The position numbers and the translations under genes were made by a program. Below, piece after piece: positions 26,796-36,104 of a stretch of DNA of 64,000 nt. The number at the start of each line of letters is the position of its first letter. Position 1 is the stretch's first letter. Under the pieces are notes generated by a model. It did not search any database. It was given only the letters and a program-made list of their open reading frames with translations, and was not told the origin of the DNA. Source of the DNA: an archaeon (GTDB taxonomy: Archaea; Asgardarchaeota; Thorarchaeia; Thorarchaeales; Thorarchaeaceae); assembly GCA_024276825.1 (NCBI GenBank), contig JAJRWI010000033.1, positions 64,001-128,000 of the forward strand, given 5' to 3'.

Positions 26796-27599
26796 TCAAT
26801 CCTCCTCTCCTATGATTTCAGCCTCGCCGAGGTCTGTTTCCATATCGTCGTCAAAGTCATCATCTTCAGATGGTGCCTTGGTTGCATATGCTTTCATGAG
26901 TGCATCTTTCTGAAGCTCATGAATGTACTTGCATGCTTGGATTCCCATTTGCATTGCCTCAAGAAGTTCCTCACGTGTGAATGAACCGTCTTGTTGCAAC
27001 AGAGTTATTTCATCAGTGAGAGGCATGATTGCCATGGGCACATCTCCCTCACCATACTTGTCTTCCTGATCACCCAAGTCGACAATCAATGTACCATCTG
27101 CCTTTCCTACTGCCACAGCTGGCACTAGACATTTCATGGGCACCCCTGCATCAGCAAGGGCAAGTGATGCCGCATTTATTGCTGCACAACGAGTGCCGCC
27201 ATCTGCCTGTATCACCTGAATGAATATGTCAACTACTGCTTTTGGAAAGTCCTCAAGGAACAATGCAGGTTTCAGTGCATTGGCTATCACCATTGATATC
27301 TCCCTCTCTCTACGGGAGGGTGCTGGTTTCTTTCTGTCAGGCACTGAAAAGGTTGCCATTCTATAAACAACACGTAGATATGCCCTATCACTCAAAGTCA
27401 GATGTCTTGGGTGAAGCTCACGTGGTCCATAGACCGCTGCTATAATGAAGGTCTTTCCCTGTTTAATATATGCTGACCCATCTGCTTGTTTCAATACTCC
27501 AACTTTGAACTCTATTGGCCGTAACTCATCTGGTCTACGACCATCAATTCTAAGTCCTTCCGCATTAATTAGGAAGTCTGGTTTGACTTCTGGACTCAT
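26796..27599 (-). CDS. rrp41: Exosome catalytic subunit Rrp41
   Basis: ADGSAY, YGPRE, RREREIS, ADGGTRCA, DLGDQEDKYGEGD. Confidence 0.96.
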   Translation of the reverse strand: MSPEVKPDFLINAEGLRIDGRRPDELRPIEFKVGVLKQADGSAYIKQGKTFIIAAVYGPRELHPRHLTLSDRAYLRVVYRMATFSVPDRKKPAPSRREREISMVIANALKPALFLEDFPKAVVDIFIQVIQADGGTRCAAINAASLALADAGVPMKCLVPAVAVGKADGTLIVDLGDQEDKYGEGDVPMAIMPLTDEITLLQQDGSFTREELLEAMQMGIQACKYIHELQKDALMKAYATKAPSEDDDFDDDMETDLGEAEIIGEED

Positions 27600-28517
27600 T
27601 TACTCTTTCACTTCCTCTTTTTCTTCTTCTGTCTGTTCTTTATCTTCTTCTACAGGAGCTTCTATCTTTGCTTCTGGAGCCTCATCACTCTTGCTCTCCG
27701 GCTCCTCCACTTTTGCAGGAGTCTCCTCTTCAACTATAGAACCCTCGGGCTCGGGAGCTTTCTCCTCAGCTTCAGTTGGGGGTTCTTCTGGTTTTTCCTC
27801 TGGAACTGCACCACTGACTTCTGTCTGCTCACCTCGAATCTTAGTGAGCTCTTCATCAATCATAGCTGCCACTCTATCAGTCAGCTTTGATGTATGTGCT
27901 TCTCGCTCAATCATTTTGAAAGCTTTAATTGCAATACGCAATATCTTGGTGTTAGGGGCCTTGATCCAAATTCTGCCATTTTGTCCAACTATTGTATATA
28001 TGCGAAGTTTGTCTTTGATCATATTGATCATCGAACCCCTTCTACCAATGATGCGTGGAATCTTGGATGGGCTGACATTTAGTATCATTCCATCTCGGAG
28101 CTTTTGTAGTCCCCTGCCCCTCATGGTGAGGAACGGACCGCTGACACGGTCGAATGCTATCACCTCTGCTGCGATCACATCGCCGACATCAAAGTACTTT
28201 GAGATGTCCTCATCATAGGGCCGCCGCAATGCGTTATTCGCATGCAGTGAAGCACCATATGGACCTCCTATGTCAACCTTCCAATTATTTCCAGCAACAA
28301 GGGTTATTATTCCAATTACTAGATCTCCCTCTCTGGGGATATACACTCCCTCTAAGGGTACAACTTTTATTGTGTTCCCACGAAGCTCTGCAAGGCCTAT
28401 CAATGATGCATAGATCTTTCCATCCTTGCTGTACGTTCCTATTGATGAACGATATCGGCCTTCTGCAAGAAGCTGTCCTGGGACTACTATTTCTCGCTTC
28501 TGAAAGTATATTGCCAA
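27600..28517 (-). CDS. rrp4: Exosome RNA-binding cap Rrp4 with long E/K/P-rich tail
   Basis: VVPGQLL, YIPREGDLVIG (S1), IPRIIGRRGSM, VGQNGRIW, EAHTSKLTDR. Confidence 0.95.
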   Translation of the reverse strand: MAIYFQKREIVVPGQLLAEGRYRSSIGTYSKDGKIYASLIGLAELRGNTIKVVPLEGVYIPREGDLVIGIITLVAGNNWKVDIGGPYGASLHANNALRRPYDEDISKYFDVGDVIAAEVIAFDRVSGPFLTMRGRGLQKLRDGMILNVSPSKIPRIIGRRGSMINMIKDKLRIYTIVGQNGRIWIKAPNTKILRIAIKAFKMIEREAHTSKLTDRVAAMIDEELTKIRGEQTEVSGAVPEEKPEEPPTEAEEKAPEPEGSIVEEETPAKVEEPESKSDEAPEAKIEAPVEEDKEQTEEEKEEVKE

Positions 28518-28569
28518 TTTATTCCCTCGTTTAATTCTATTATCATGAAATTCTCATTCTTCTCATATG

Positions 28570-29304
28570 TTATCGTACAAGTTCTATTCTTACTTGACCC
28601 TTTGTCAGTTTGGAGAGTTCGTCGAAAAGATCCTGTCTCTGGGAGGCTGGTATCTCAACAACCCCTGTCCATGAACCATCAGGCTCCCATGTTTCTGACT
28701 TGATTAGTCCTGCAGATGCTACCATATTGTAGCCCTTACCGGTGTATGTGGCAGGCAGGGTTATTCTGAGTTTGATGCTCTCAAATGATATCGGTATTAT
28801 AGCACGCAACGCCTTTACGATATTAGGAATCTGCTCCTCAACACTGATAAACGGGTCAACTCGGACCTTTGCCTCCTCCATTGCCTGACGAATTCTGTCC
28901 GGCGGGTGGGGGTGTCCAGTCTGGGGGTTCATGGCCCTCTTGGAGATTGACTCTACGATTGCATCGGTTTTCTCCTTCAAAAGCTGGGCCCTCTGTTCAT
29001 GGGTGAGCTTGAACTCTCCTCTCCTGATTACTTCAGGGGCAATGTCAAAAATATCATCAGAGCCAAAAGCATCAGCAACTAGGTCCAATACTGCTCTCTC
29101 ACCCCGTTTGGCATCCTCAAAGATATCATATGACTTGAGTATGTCTTCGATTGGAATGTCTGCTCCTCTACGATACTCGAATGCAAGATCTGGGTCAACA
29201 AATATCTCAACATGCACATGATTCTTGTCCATGCCGATTATCACTGCATCAAGGTCAAGCCACTTTTCACCAGCCTTTCTTCCTGAACCGCCCATCATTG
29301 CCAT
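28570..29304 (-). CDS. sdo1: Ribosome assembly factor SBDS/Sdo1
   Basis: EIFVDP, IFEDAKRG, NPQTGHPHPPDRI. Confidence 0.94.
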   Translation of the reverse strand: MAMMGGSGRKAGEKWLDLDAVIIGMDKNHVHVEIFVDPDLAFEYRRGADIPIEDILKSYDIFEDAKRGERAVLDLVADAFGSDDIFDIAPEVIRRGEFKLTHEQRAQLLKEKTDAIVESISKRAMNPQTGHPHPPDRIRQAMEEAKVRVDPFISVEEQIPNIVKALRAIIPISFESIKLRITLPATYTGKGYNMVASAGLIKSETWEPDGSWTGVVEIPASQRQDLFDELSKLTKGQVRIELVR

Positions 29305-29312
29305 TGCATCTC

Positions 29313-30065
29313 CTATCTCTTAGGTGTAGTTGGTGAGAGAAGATCCTCTCGTTCCTCACGAGTGAGCATCTTGAACTTGGAGGTCTTTACAGGAATCACT
29401 GCAATCTCAAGATTGTCAGCAGTGAACTCTGTGTCGGTGGCCTGTCGAAGCGCGTCAAGGGCCAACATTATGACCTTTTTCAGTTTCATTGTTCTCTTAT
29501 AGCTCTTCTCTAGGAACTCCCCAGCCGCTTTGCTGCCTCGTCCTATGACTGCTGCCATGAAGCCGTAGTAAGTTCCCACAGGATCAGTCATGAAGAGTTT
29601 TGGAGTCTTGTCATAATCTACAGATCCGATTAACAGAGCAACTCCATATGGGCGGGCTCCTCCGCCTTGTGTGAACTGCGCCTTGACATCACAGATGTAC
29701 TTTGCCAGTGTTTCTGCAGGTATTGGCTCATCGTATGTCAACCAGTAGGCTTGCGCCTTCACTCTGGCATCAGCAACAAGCTGTCTGGCATCAGCCATGA
29801 ATCCCGATGCAGCTATTCCGATGTGTTCCTCGACTTGTGAGATCTTTTCAACACTCTCTGGTTCTTGTAGAGGAAGGACCTTTTTCTTAGCAAGTAATAC
29901 TACTCCTTCATCCACCATGATGCCTATTGCGGGCTCACCCTGTTCTACCGCCTTCTTGGCATATTCTGCTGCAAAGATGCGGCCATCTGGGCTGAATATG
30001 CTTGTACTCATATCATAGCCTGCGCCACTAATCCCGTAGATTGTAGACTCCTCCAAGTAATTCAT
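29313..30065 (-). CDS. psmA: 20S proteasome alpha subunit (divergent N-terminal gate)
   Basis: GYDMSTSIFSPDGRIFAAEYA, EKIS, SGFMADAR, TQGGGARPYGV, TDPVG. Start may be ATC 30041. Confidence 0.95.
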   Translation of the reverse strand: MNYLEESTIYGISGAGYDMSTSIFSPDGRIFAAEYAKKAVEQGEPAIGIMVDEGVVLLAKKKVLPLQEPESVEKISQVEEHIGIAASGFMADARQLVADARVKAQAYWLTYDEPIPAETLAKYICDVKAQFTQGGGARPYGVALLIGSVDYDKTPKLFMTDPVGTYYGFMAAVIGRGSKAAGEFLEKSYKRTMKLKKVIMLALDALRQATDTEFTADNLEIAVIPVKTSKFKMLTREEREDLLSPTTPKR

Positions 30066-30071
30066 TTCATT

Positions 30072-30124
30072 GTATATCAGAAGACAGAACCATTAATGGG
30101 CAAAGTCTGTCAATTCTGATATAC
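30072..30124. promoter_or_regulatory. 17-bp stem hairpin in the leader of the proteasome/exosome superoperon
   Basis: GTATATCAGAA/TTCTGATATAC (11 bp) plus GACAGA/TCTGTC (6 bp) with a 2-nt bulge; the loop contains the palindrome CCATTAATGG. Confidence 0.6.
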
Positions 30125-30238
30125 TGCTGATAGATTTACACCAACCTTAGCTTGTCTGCCTATAGGTTCAATTCTCTATCGCTGACCAAACCACATAAAC
30201 CTTCTGGTGAGTCGTATTCTGAACCGCGCCTCCAACTG

Positions 30239-30631
30239 TCAGTCTTGTAGCAGGTAAAGATATCCAATGAATCCAATAGACAGAGCAATTGATGCGCCTC
30301 CAACCCATGACCCAAACATGAGCCATGACATGGCACCAACAATGATGAGCATCAGGATTAACTCAAGCCATCCGGCCCTTACTTTTGTGAGATATAGTCG
30401 CAGATTGATTATCGTCACCGTGGCGAACACATAGAATCCAAGCATTATGAAGATTTCCAACAATATTGTGATATATGGATTAATGTCGTTAAGAGCACTT
30501 ATCGGGCTAGTGACCCCTGGTGCCGACCATATCCAGAAAGCCATGGCTATGACCAAGAAGATAGCAGCTAGCAGTATTGTGATAATTGATGAACGAATTA
30601 TCTCGCTCCTTTCAGGAATCTCGTCGCTCAC
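30239..30631 (-). CDS. Small 4-TM membrane protein
   Basis: Four hydrophobic segments; follows the Zn ABC permease. Confidence 0.7.
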   Translation of the reverse strand: MSDEIPERSEIIRSSIITILLAAIFLVIAMAFWIWSAPGVTSPISALNDINPYITILLEIFIMLGFYVFATVTIINLRLYLTKVRAGWLELILMLIIVGAMSWLMFGSWVGGASIALSIGFIGYLYLLQD

Positions 30632-30704
30632 GGTATCTACACCAACCTTTACAACGTGGCAAATTATGGTCACTCTTAAAGTTACCGAAGGTCACACAGA
30701 TGAC

Positions 30705-31622
30705 TCACTCAATATTCGTAGTTTCCTGATGAATGACTTCTGGAATACCTTCATTGACCTTCTCTCTGATTTTCCGTATTTGAAGTGCGATGATATACGA
30801 CAACGCTGCAAGTATCCCTGTTATGGCACTGGGTGATACTGGCACTATGAATGATGTCATAATGCCTATTACTTGTGCTACTAGGGCTATGATGAACACG
30901 CCTATCATGACTTTATTGACAGACTTCAATGTTTCATTGGATGCCGCAGCAGGTGCTACAAGAATGGCATATACTAGGATTGCACCAACCGCCTTTGTGG
31001 CAAGTGCTATTGCAATTGATGAGATCACAAGAATCAGGTAATGATACCCTCTGGCGTTCAGACCGTGCGCCAGTGATCCTTCATAGTCCACACTTACATA
31101 GACAAACTCCTTCTTGAACAACAGGATTATGAATGCAACAAGGATTGTGGTGATGGTCAACATCACGATGTCTTGGTTAGTCATGAGTAGAATGTCGCCG
31201 ACAAGATAACCCCACAGAACCAGCACCTTATCAGGAGGGATGTAGTACATCAGGAATACGGCGATGCTCATAGAAAGTGCGAACGAAACCCCTACTGCAA
31301 CCTCCATCTTCTGAGCCACCCCTGACTCTCCAGCATAACCTGTTATCACTGCAACAAGAACTGCAAACACTATTGCTCCCAAAGTGGGGTCAAACCATGG
31401 GAACAGACCAATAGCCTGCAGGAAAAAGCCCAGTGCTGCGCCTCCCAGAGCAGCGTGTGCAACGCCCGAGGTCATGAATGAGAGCCCCCGAAACACAAGG
31501 AAAGTACCACTGGTGGCTGCTATTATGGCAATGAGCAATGCAGCAATCAATGCTCTTTGAAGGAATGGGGTATTGAGGATCAGATCAATGATATCAATCA
31601 TGTCTGTCAACTCCCGAGTCAT
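30705..31622 (-). CDS. znuB: Zn/Mn ABC transporter permease
   Basis: FLQRAL, GVAHAALGG, YLVGDIL, VGAILVYA. Confidence 0.9.
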   Translation of the reverse strand: MTRELTDMIDIIDLILNTPFLQRALIAALLIAIIAATSGTFLVFRGLSFMTSGVAHAALGGAALGFFLQAIGLFPWFDPTLGAIVFAVLVAVITGYAGESGVAQKMEVAVGVSFALSMSIAVFLMYYIPPDKVLVLWGYLVGDILLMTNQDIVMLTITTILVAFIILLFKKEFVYVSVDYEGSLAHGLNARGYHYLILVISSIAIALATKAVGAILVYAILVAPAAASNETLKSVNKVMIGVFIIALVAQVIGIMTSFIVPVSPSAITGILAALSYIIALQIRKIREKVNEGIPEVIHQETTNIE

Positions 31623-32412
31623 GTGTGATGCAATACTTGTGTCCTGAATGTTCTACTATTTGTGCAGTCGGCCCATAGACCTGCTTGATAAGTTCTGTGT
31701 CCATCACATCACATGGGGTCCCAACGCCCAACAGAGTGTTTCTTAATAAGAGCACATTCTGCACCAAAACATGAATAGGATTGAGATCATGAGTGACCAT
31801 GATCACGCTCACATTGTTGTTCTTCTGATAATCGCTTAATGCATTTACAATCAGTTTTTGACTCTCTGCATCAGTCCCTGCTAATGGCTCGTCAAGAATA
31901 AGCAGTGGTCCCGAACTTGCAAGAGCACGTGCAACAAGGACCCTTTGTCGCTGTCCCCCTGATAGTTCAGGAAACGGCCTGTCCCAGAGTTCCAGCATGT
32001 TGACACGAGCAAGCGCCTCCTTGGCAGCTTTCTTGTCCATGGACGAGGCGAATCTAGGTGCCGGCTTTTTCAACAAACGTCCCATCAGAACAATGTCCTT
32101 GACTCTCATGGGGATTGAGAGTTCGATATGATCCCTCTGTGGTACATACCTCACAAGCTTGCGAATCTCCTTGCTCTCCCTCACTACATCATATCCCATC
32201 ACGCTTACTGTTCCACGGGTCGGATGTATTAGACCAAGAATTGTCTTCATCAGTGTGCTCTTTCCAGAGCCATTAGGGCCGATCACAGCTGTGAAGCTAG
32301 GAGCCTTAATTGTGAAACTCACATTATAGAGAGCAAGCTCACCATTTGGATATCTCACAGCAAGGTCTCGTGCTTCAACTAAAGGAACATCGTCCCCTGA
32401 GTCATTTGCCAT
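31594..32412 (-). CDS. znuC: Zn/Mn ABC transporter ATPase
   Basis: GPNGSGKST, YVPQ, LSGGQRQRV, LDEP, His-containing tail. Confidence 0.9.
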   Translation of the reverse strand: MANDSGDDVPLVEARDLAVRYPNGELALYNVSFTIKAPSFTAVIGPNGSGKSTLMKTILGLIHPTRGTVSVMGYDVVRESKEIRKLVRYVPQRDHIELSIPMRVKDIVLMGRLLKKPAPRFASSMDKKAAKEALARVNMLELWDRPFPELSGGQRQRVLVARALASSGPLLILDEPLAGTDAESQKLIVNALSDYQKNNNVSVIMVTHDLNPIHVLVQNVLLLRNTLLGVGTPCDVMDTELIKQVYGPTAQIVEHSGHKYCITHDSGVDRHD

Positions 32413-32495
32413 AAAACCAGCTCCATAAGACGAGATTTACTTCACGCATCACCACTTAAGAATTCAGTGTTATATGCTAGGTATTAATAGGTCAA

Positions 32496-33572
32496 ATGAT
32501 GCTGAGTTATGCGAGTGCGGTGGCAATGAAACGAAACAAGGCATTTCTTCTATTACTGATATTCATTGTTTCTGGAATGATCATAACTCCCACTTCCAAT
32601 GCTCAAACAGAGCCAGTGATGACAGTAGCAGTTTCAATCGCACCCCTGGCAGGAATAGTCGAGTCTATTGGCGCAGGTCATATAAAAACTACAGTGCTGC
32701 TGTCAGAGGGCATTGAGCCCCATGCCTTCACAGTGGACCCTACAATAATCGCCATGGCAGATGCCGCAGACCTTCTAGTCCTGACAGGCCACTACCGATG
32801 GGAAGCGAGCCTTGCAAATTCAACATCTACACCTTACATCTCATTTCATGATGAAAACGCCCTGCTTGACTATGCAGATTTTGGTGCTAGACTCTCCCCC
32901 ATGCCCCGTACAACTCCAACCGACATTGGAGATCTGAATCCTCATGCCTATTGGCTCCTACCCACAAATGCCATTGCGATTGCAAATGCAACACGATCCA
33001 TATTTAGAGAGCTTGCTCCCTCTTTATCTGATGTATGGGACACGAACTTTGAGAAACTCATTGATGATCTCAATGATCTTGATGACTTGATTGAATCCCA
33101 AGACAGTGTCTACCATTTCTCAGACATGCATGCTGTGGTCGTGTTTCCAGCGGAGGCATACGTCGCTGAGGCATTCGGTATTCAGGTTGACGCAGTCCTC
33201 ATGGTTGAGGGCGTGACCATTTCTGGTCAGGAATTAATTGAGGTTCAGAACGCCATGAGGAACGGCAGTATTCAGATGATTCTTGGGTCCGATGTGGCAA
33301 GGCTGCAGGCGGGAGGTGAGTTTGCATATCAATTACAGGAAGATTACGGGACCACACTGATCTGGCTGAGAGCAGTGTTCTTCTCAGGCTTGCGAGATTA
33401 TGTTTCAATAATGACATACAATCTTGGTGCTCTAACCTCTGGACTTGAGGACCGTGGTCAGGCAGGTGTTGACTCCAACCTCGTACTATTACTGGCAAGT
33501 CTCGCAGGAGTGTTCGGACTCCTACTAGTACTTGAAACAGTCCTTCTCATTCAAAGAGGTCGGTCAGAATAG
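32496..33572 (+). CDS. znuA: Zn/Mn ABC substrate-binding protein with C-terminal membrane anchor
   Basis: Signal peptide, EPHAF, NPHAYWL, C-terminal TM. Confidence 0.85.
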   Translation: MMLSYASAVAMKRNKAFLLLLIFIVSGMIITPTSNAQTEPVMTVAVSIAPLAGIVESIGAGHIKTTVLLSEGIEPHAFTVDPTIIAMADAADLLVLTGHYRWEASLANSTSTPYISFHDENALLDYADFGARLSPMPRTTPTDIGDLNPHAYWLLPTNAIAIANATRSIFRELAPSLSDVWDTNFEKLIDDLNDLDDLIESQDSVYHFSDMHAVVVFPAEAYVAEAFGIQVDAVLMVEGVTISGQELIEVQNAMRNGSIQMILGSDVARLQAGGEFAYQLQEDYGTTLIWLRAVFFSGLRDYVSIMTYNLGALTSGLEDRGQAGVDSNLVLLLASLAGVFGLLLVLETVLLIQRGRSE

Positions 33573-33578
33573 AGTATT

Positions 33579-33908
33579 CTACTCAATGTGAGTGCCCAGA
33601 CGAATATTGTAGACTTCAAACTCAAGTTGTGCAAGCTCATCTTGTAGGACTCTGTACTGACGTTCAAACTCCTCTGGTCCAATTATTCCTGCCTTTTTAT
33701 CCATGACCAATGCCTTTAGCGCCTTCTGACGCTTTGCTATCTCCCTCTTCAACTCCTCCCACCTCTGCCTGTTAGCAGAAATGGATTCTCCCCAACTATG
33801 GCTTGAAGAAGTTGTCTGATCCAGTTTGTGAACAATCTCACCCAATGAATCACGTATCTGCTCTGGATCTCTTTCATGTGATGACTCATCATCAGTCAAA
33901 ATAGACAC
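33579..33908 (-). CDS. Small coiled-coil protein with SHOCT-like helical hairpin
   Basis: Heptad pattern; KKAGIIGPEEFERQYRVL. Confidence 0.65.
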   Translation of the reverse strand: MSILTDDESSHERDPEQIRDSLGEIVHKLDQTTSSSHSWGESISANRQRWEELKREIAKRQKALKALVMDKKAGIIGPEEFERQYRVLQDELAQLEFEVYNIRLGTHIE

Positions 33909-33980
33909 CGTGCTCGGATTGTCTTGTTCTGCATATATGACTTGAGTTAAGGCATAGATGTTAAACTTTGCTGAAGCTTA

Positions 33981-35285
33981 CTATTCGACATCAGTGATGT
34001 GAACACTACATGAAACACATGGATCATAGGATCTGACAACTGTCTGAAGTTTTTGAGCAATCTCTTCCTTTTCAGTTCCCACATTCAATAAGGCGGCGGT
34101 CAACCTCTTCAGGTCCTCCTCCATCACGGGCAGAAACATTGCAGTTGGTGTGATGATGTCCGATTTGGTGATAACACCCTTTGAATCAACTCTTATAGTA
34201 TATGCCAGCATTCCTCGTGGGGCCTCGGTGACCGCCACGCCTGACTGCTCTTTTCCAAGCTTGTATTCCACTCGACTCTCATCTCTCATGCTCTTTGCAA
34301 GATCAAATGCAATGGTATGGGCTCTCCTAATCCAGTGAACCAATTCGACTGCCTGTGCAAAATTATTTGCCAATGGGTTATTGGGATCTAGAAAGTCACT
34401 ATACATTTCAACAAGCTCTTTCGAACGTCCAGAGAGAAGATCACCGAAGAGTGTGACTCTTGACAGGGCTCCTGTCACAAATGTCCTGTCTTGATATCTA
34501 CTGTGTTTGGCAAATGAGTGGGGGATCACCAACTCCTGTATTCTCATCCGATATGCATGAGTCTTGAATTTGGTGCCATCTGTGGCCTCCACCGTGTCGC
34601 CAAAGACGCCGTACTCTTCTCCAACGGGTCTAAGTGCAAGATGTAATCGTTCGCCTTCGACCTCAGACCAGTTTGGAAAGCTTACCAGTACTTCAAGGGC
34701 ATCTTCTGCCATGTTGAACAGGCCTTTTAGCCGGGTGGCTAATCCCTCCATGTTCCTTCTACTGGGCAATCGTCCAAAGCCACCAATTAATACATTCTCT
34801 TGGTGAATATACCTTGACCCAATAACAGTCTGAATATCTGCTCCTATGTCCTTGAGAGCGATTGCTGTCTTTATGAGGTCCTTGTGCACTTTGCCCATGC
34901 TGAAGGCATCAGGAAATCCGAGAAAGTCTGGCAACGCAAGAAAGAACAGATGGAGTGCATGACTCTCAATATGATCTCCAAGATAGCAGAGCTCTCGTAT
35001 CTTTGTAGTCTGCTCTGTTGGCTCAATTCTTAGGGCATTCTCTGCCGCAAGGACTGCAGTGATCTTATGAGCTGCAGCACAGAAGGAACACACCCTTGGA
35101 AAGACAGCAACTGCCTCCTCAACAGGTCTTCCAACAGTTATGGCCTCAAAGAACCGGGGTCCCTCAAAGATGTTCACATGGGCTATCTTAACATCGGCTC
35201 CATCAAAATGAACCTCAATACCTGCTTTCCCCTCAATTCTTGCCACATGGTCAATATCTATTGATTGCACAATCTTGTCTGTCAA
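33981..35285 (-). CDS. hydA: Group 3b [NiFe] hydrogenase (sulfhydrogenase) large subunit alpha
   Basis: RIEG, L1 RVCSFCAAAH, EAPRG, L2 RSYDPCVSCSVH. Confidence 0.95.
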   Translation of the reverse strand: MTDKIVQSIDIDHVARIEGKAGIEVHFDGADVKIAHVNIFEGPRFFEAITVGRPVEEAVAVFPRVCSFCAAAHKITAVLAAENALRIEPTEQTTKIRELCYLGDHIESHALHLFFLALPDFLGFPDAFSMGKVHKDLIKTAIALKDIGADIQTVIGSRYIHQENVLIGGFGRLPSRRNMEGLATRLKGLFNMAEDALEVLVSFPNWSEVEGERLHLALRPVGEEYGVFGDTVEATDGTKFKTHAYRMRIQELVIPHSFAKHSRYQDRTFVTGALSRVTLFGDLLSGRSKELVEMYSDFLDPNNPLANNFAQAVELVHWIRRAHTIAFDLAKSMRDESRVEYKLGKEQSGVAVTEAPRGMLAYTIRVDSKGVITKSDIITPTAMFLPVMEEDLKRLTAALLNVGTEKEEIAQKLQTVVRSYDPCVSCSVHITDVE

Positions 35286-36104
35286 TCACTTATCTCCTCC
35301 AAAGGCCTTCTTCAGCATTTTATCCAAGTTCTTGTTGTGTGCTGCAAAAATCTTTAGCCTGGCTCTTACAAACTCCTCTGTGAAGCCCCTCTTTTTGAAG
35401 ACCGTGGCCAGTGCATCGAACCATGCTGTGTTGTGAGGGACAGGTCCTCTACATCCTATACATGGCACATTGAATGTAATACATCGCGCCCCACAACCTG
35501 CTGTTGTCACAGATCCCAGACATGGCACATTAGACTCAATCAAGATACATGGGTTCCCTGTGGTCCTGCACTCTGCACAGACCGGATAGTCCTTCTGCTC
35601 TGGAAATGAACCAACAAGGAATGTGGTGAGAAAGTACATAATTTCGTCCTCTTCGGGGGGACATCCCGGAAGAGAGTAATCGACATGGACGTACTGTGAG
35701 ATTGGTGCTGCCTGCAGCCCGGGCATGTCAATCTTGTCATCACCATAGACCTCCTCATAGATCTCATCATAACTCAGGTTTCCCTCAGCCCAGCTCTGAA
35801 CACCGCCATGGACTGCACATGCTCCCATTGCTACCAGTGTTTTGCAGTTCTTCCTAATCTCCAATATCTCTTTGAGGTCCTTCTCAGTAGAAACAGAGCC
35901 CTCGACAAAGGCGATATCGACCTCCTCATCCATTGTACTGGCGCTTGAAACCATATAGAAACATCTAATGTCAAATACATTAGCGACTTCAAGAATGTCA
36001 CTAACAGTCGCCATCATCAGCTGGCATCCATAACATGATGTCAGAGCATAGACACCAATCCTCGGTCTTTCTCGTACATCTGCCCTTGTGTCTTCCTTTA
36101 TCAT
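35286..36104 (-). CDS. hydD: Group 3b hydrogenase small subunit delta
   Basis: TSCYGC, EGSV, GACA, PGCPP, distal Cys cluster CIGCRG. Confidence 0.94.
   Translation of the reverse strand: MIKEDTRADVRERPRIGVYALTSCYGCQLMMATVSDILEVANVFDIRCFYMVSSASTMDEEVDIAFVEGSVSTEKDLKEILEIRKNCKTLVAMGACAVHGGVQSWAEGNLSYDEIYEEVYGDDKIDMPGLQAAPISQYVHVDYSLPGCPPEEDEIMYFLTTFLVGSFPEQKDYPVCAECRTTGNPCILIESNVPCLGSVTTAGCGARCITFNVPCIGCRGPVPHNTAWFDALATVFKKRGFTEEFVRARLKIFAAHNKNLDKMLKKAFGGDK

Noticed and set aside
27445-28218. 257-aa plus-strand ORF
   Set aside because: Antisense shadow of rrp4/rrp41; its Ser-rich composition mirrors the Glu-rich tail. The same applies to most short overlapping ORFs in the track (e.g. 7968-8522, 13727-14320).
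30072-30124. Hairpin as a SECIS element or tRNA
   Set aside because: No AUGA/GA quartet or cloverleaf is evident, and no adjacent TGA-containing gene.
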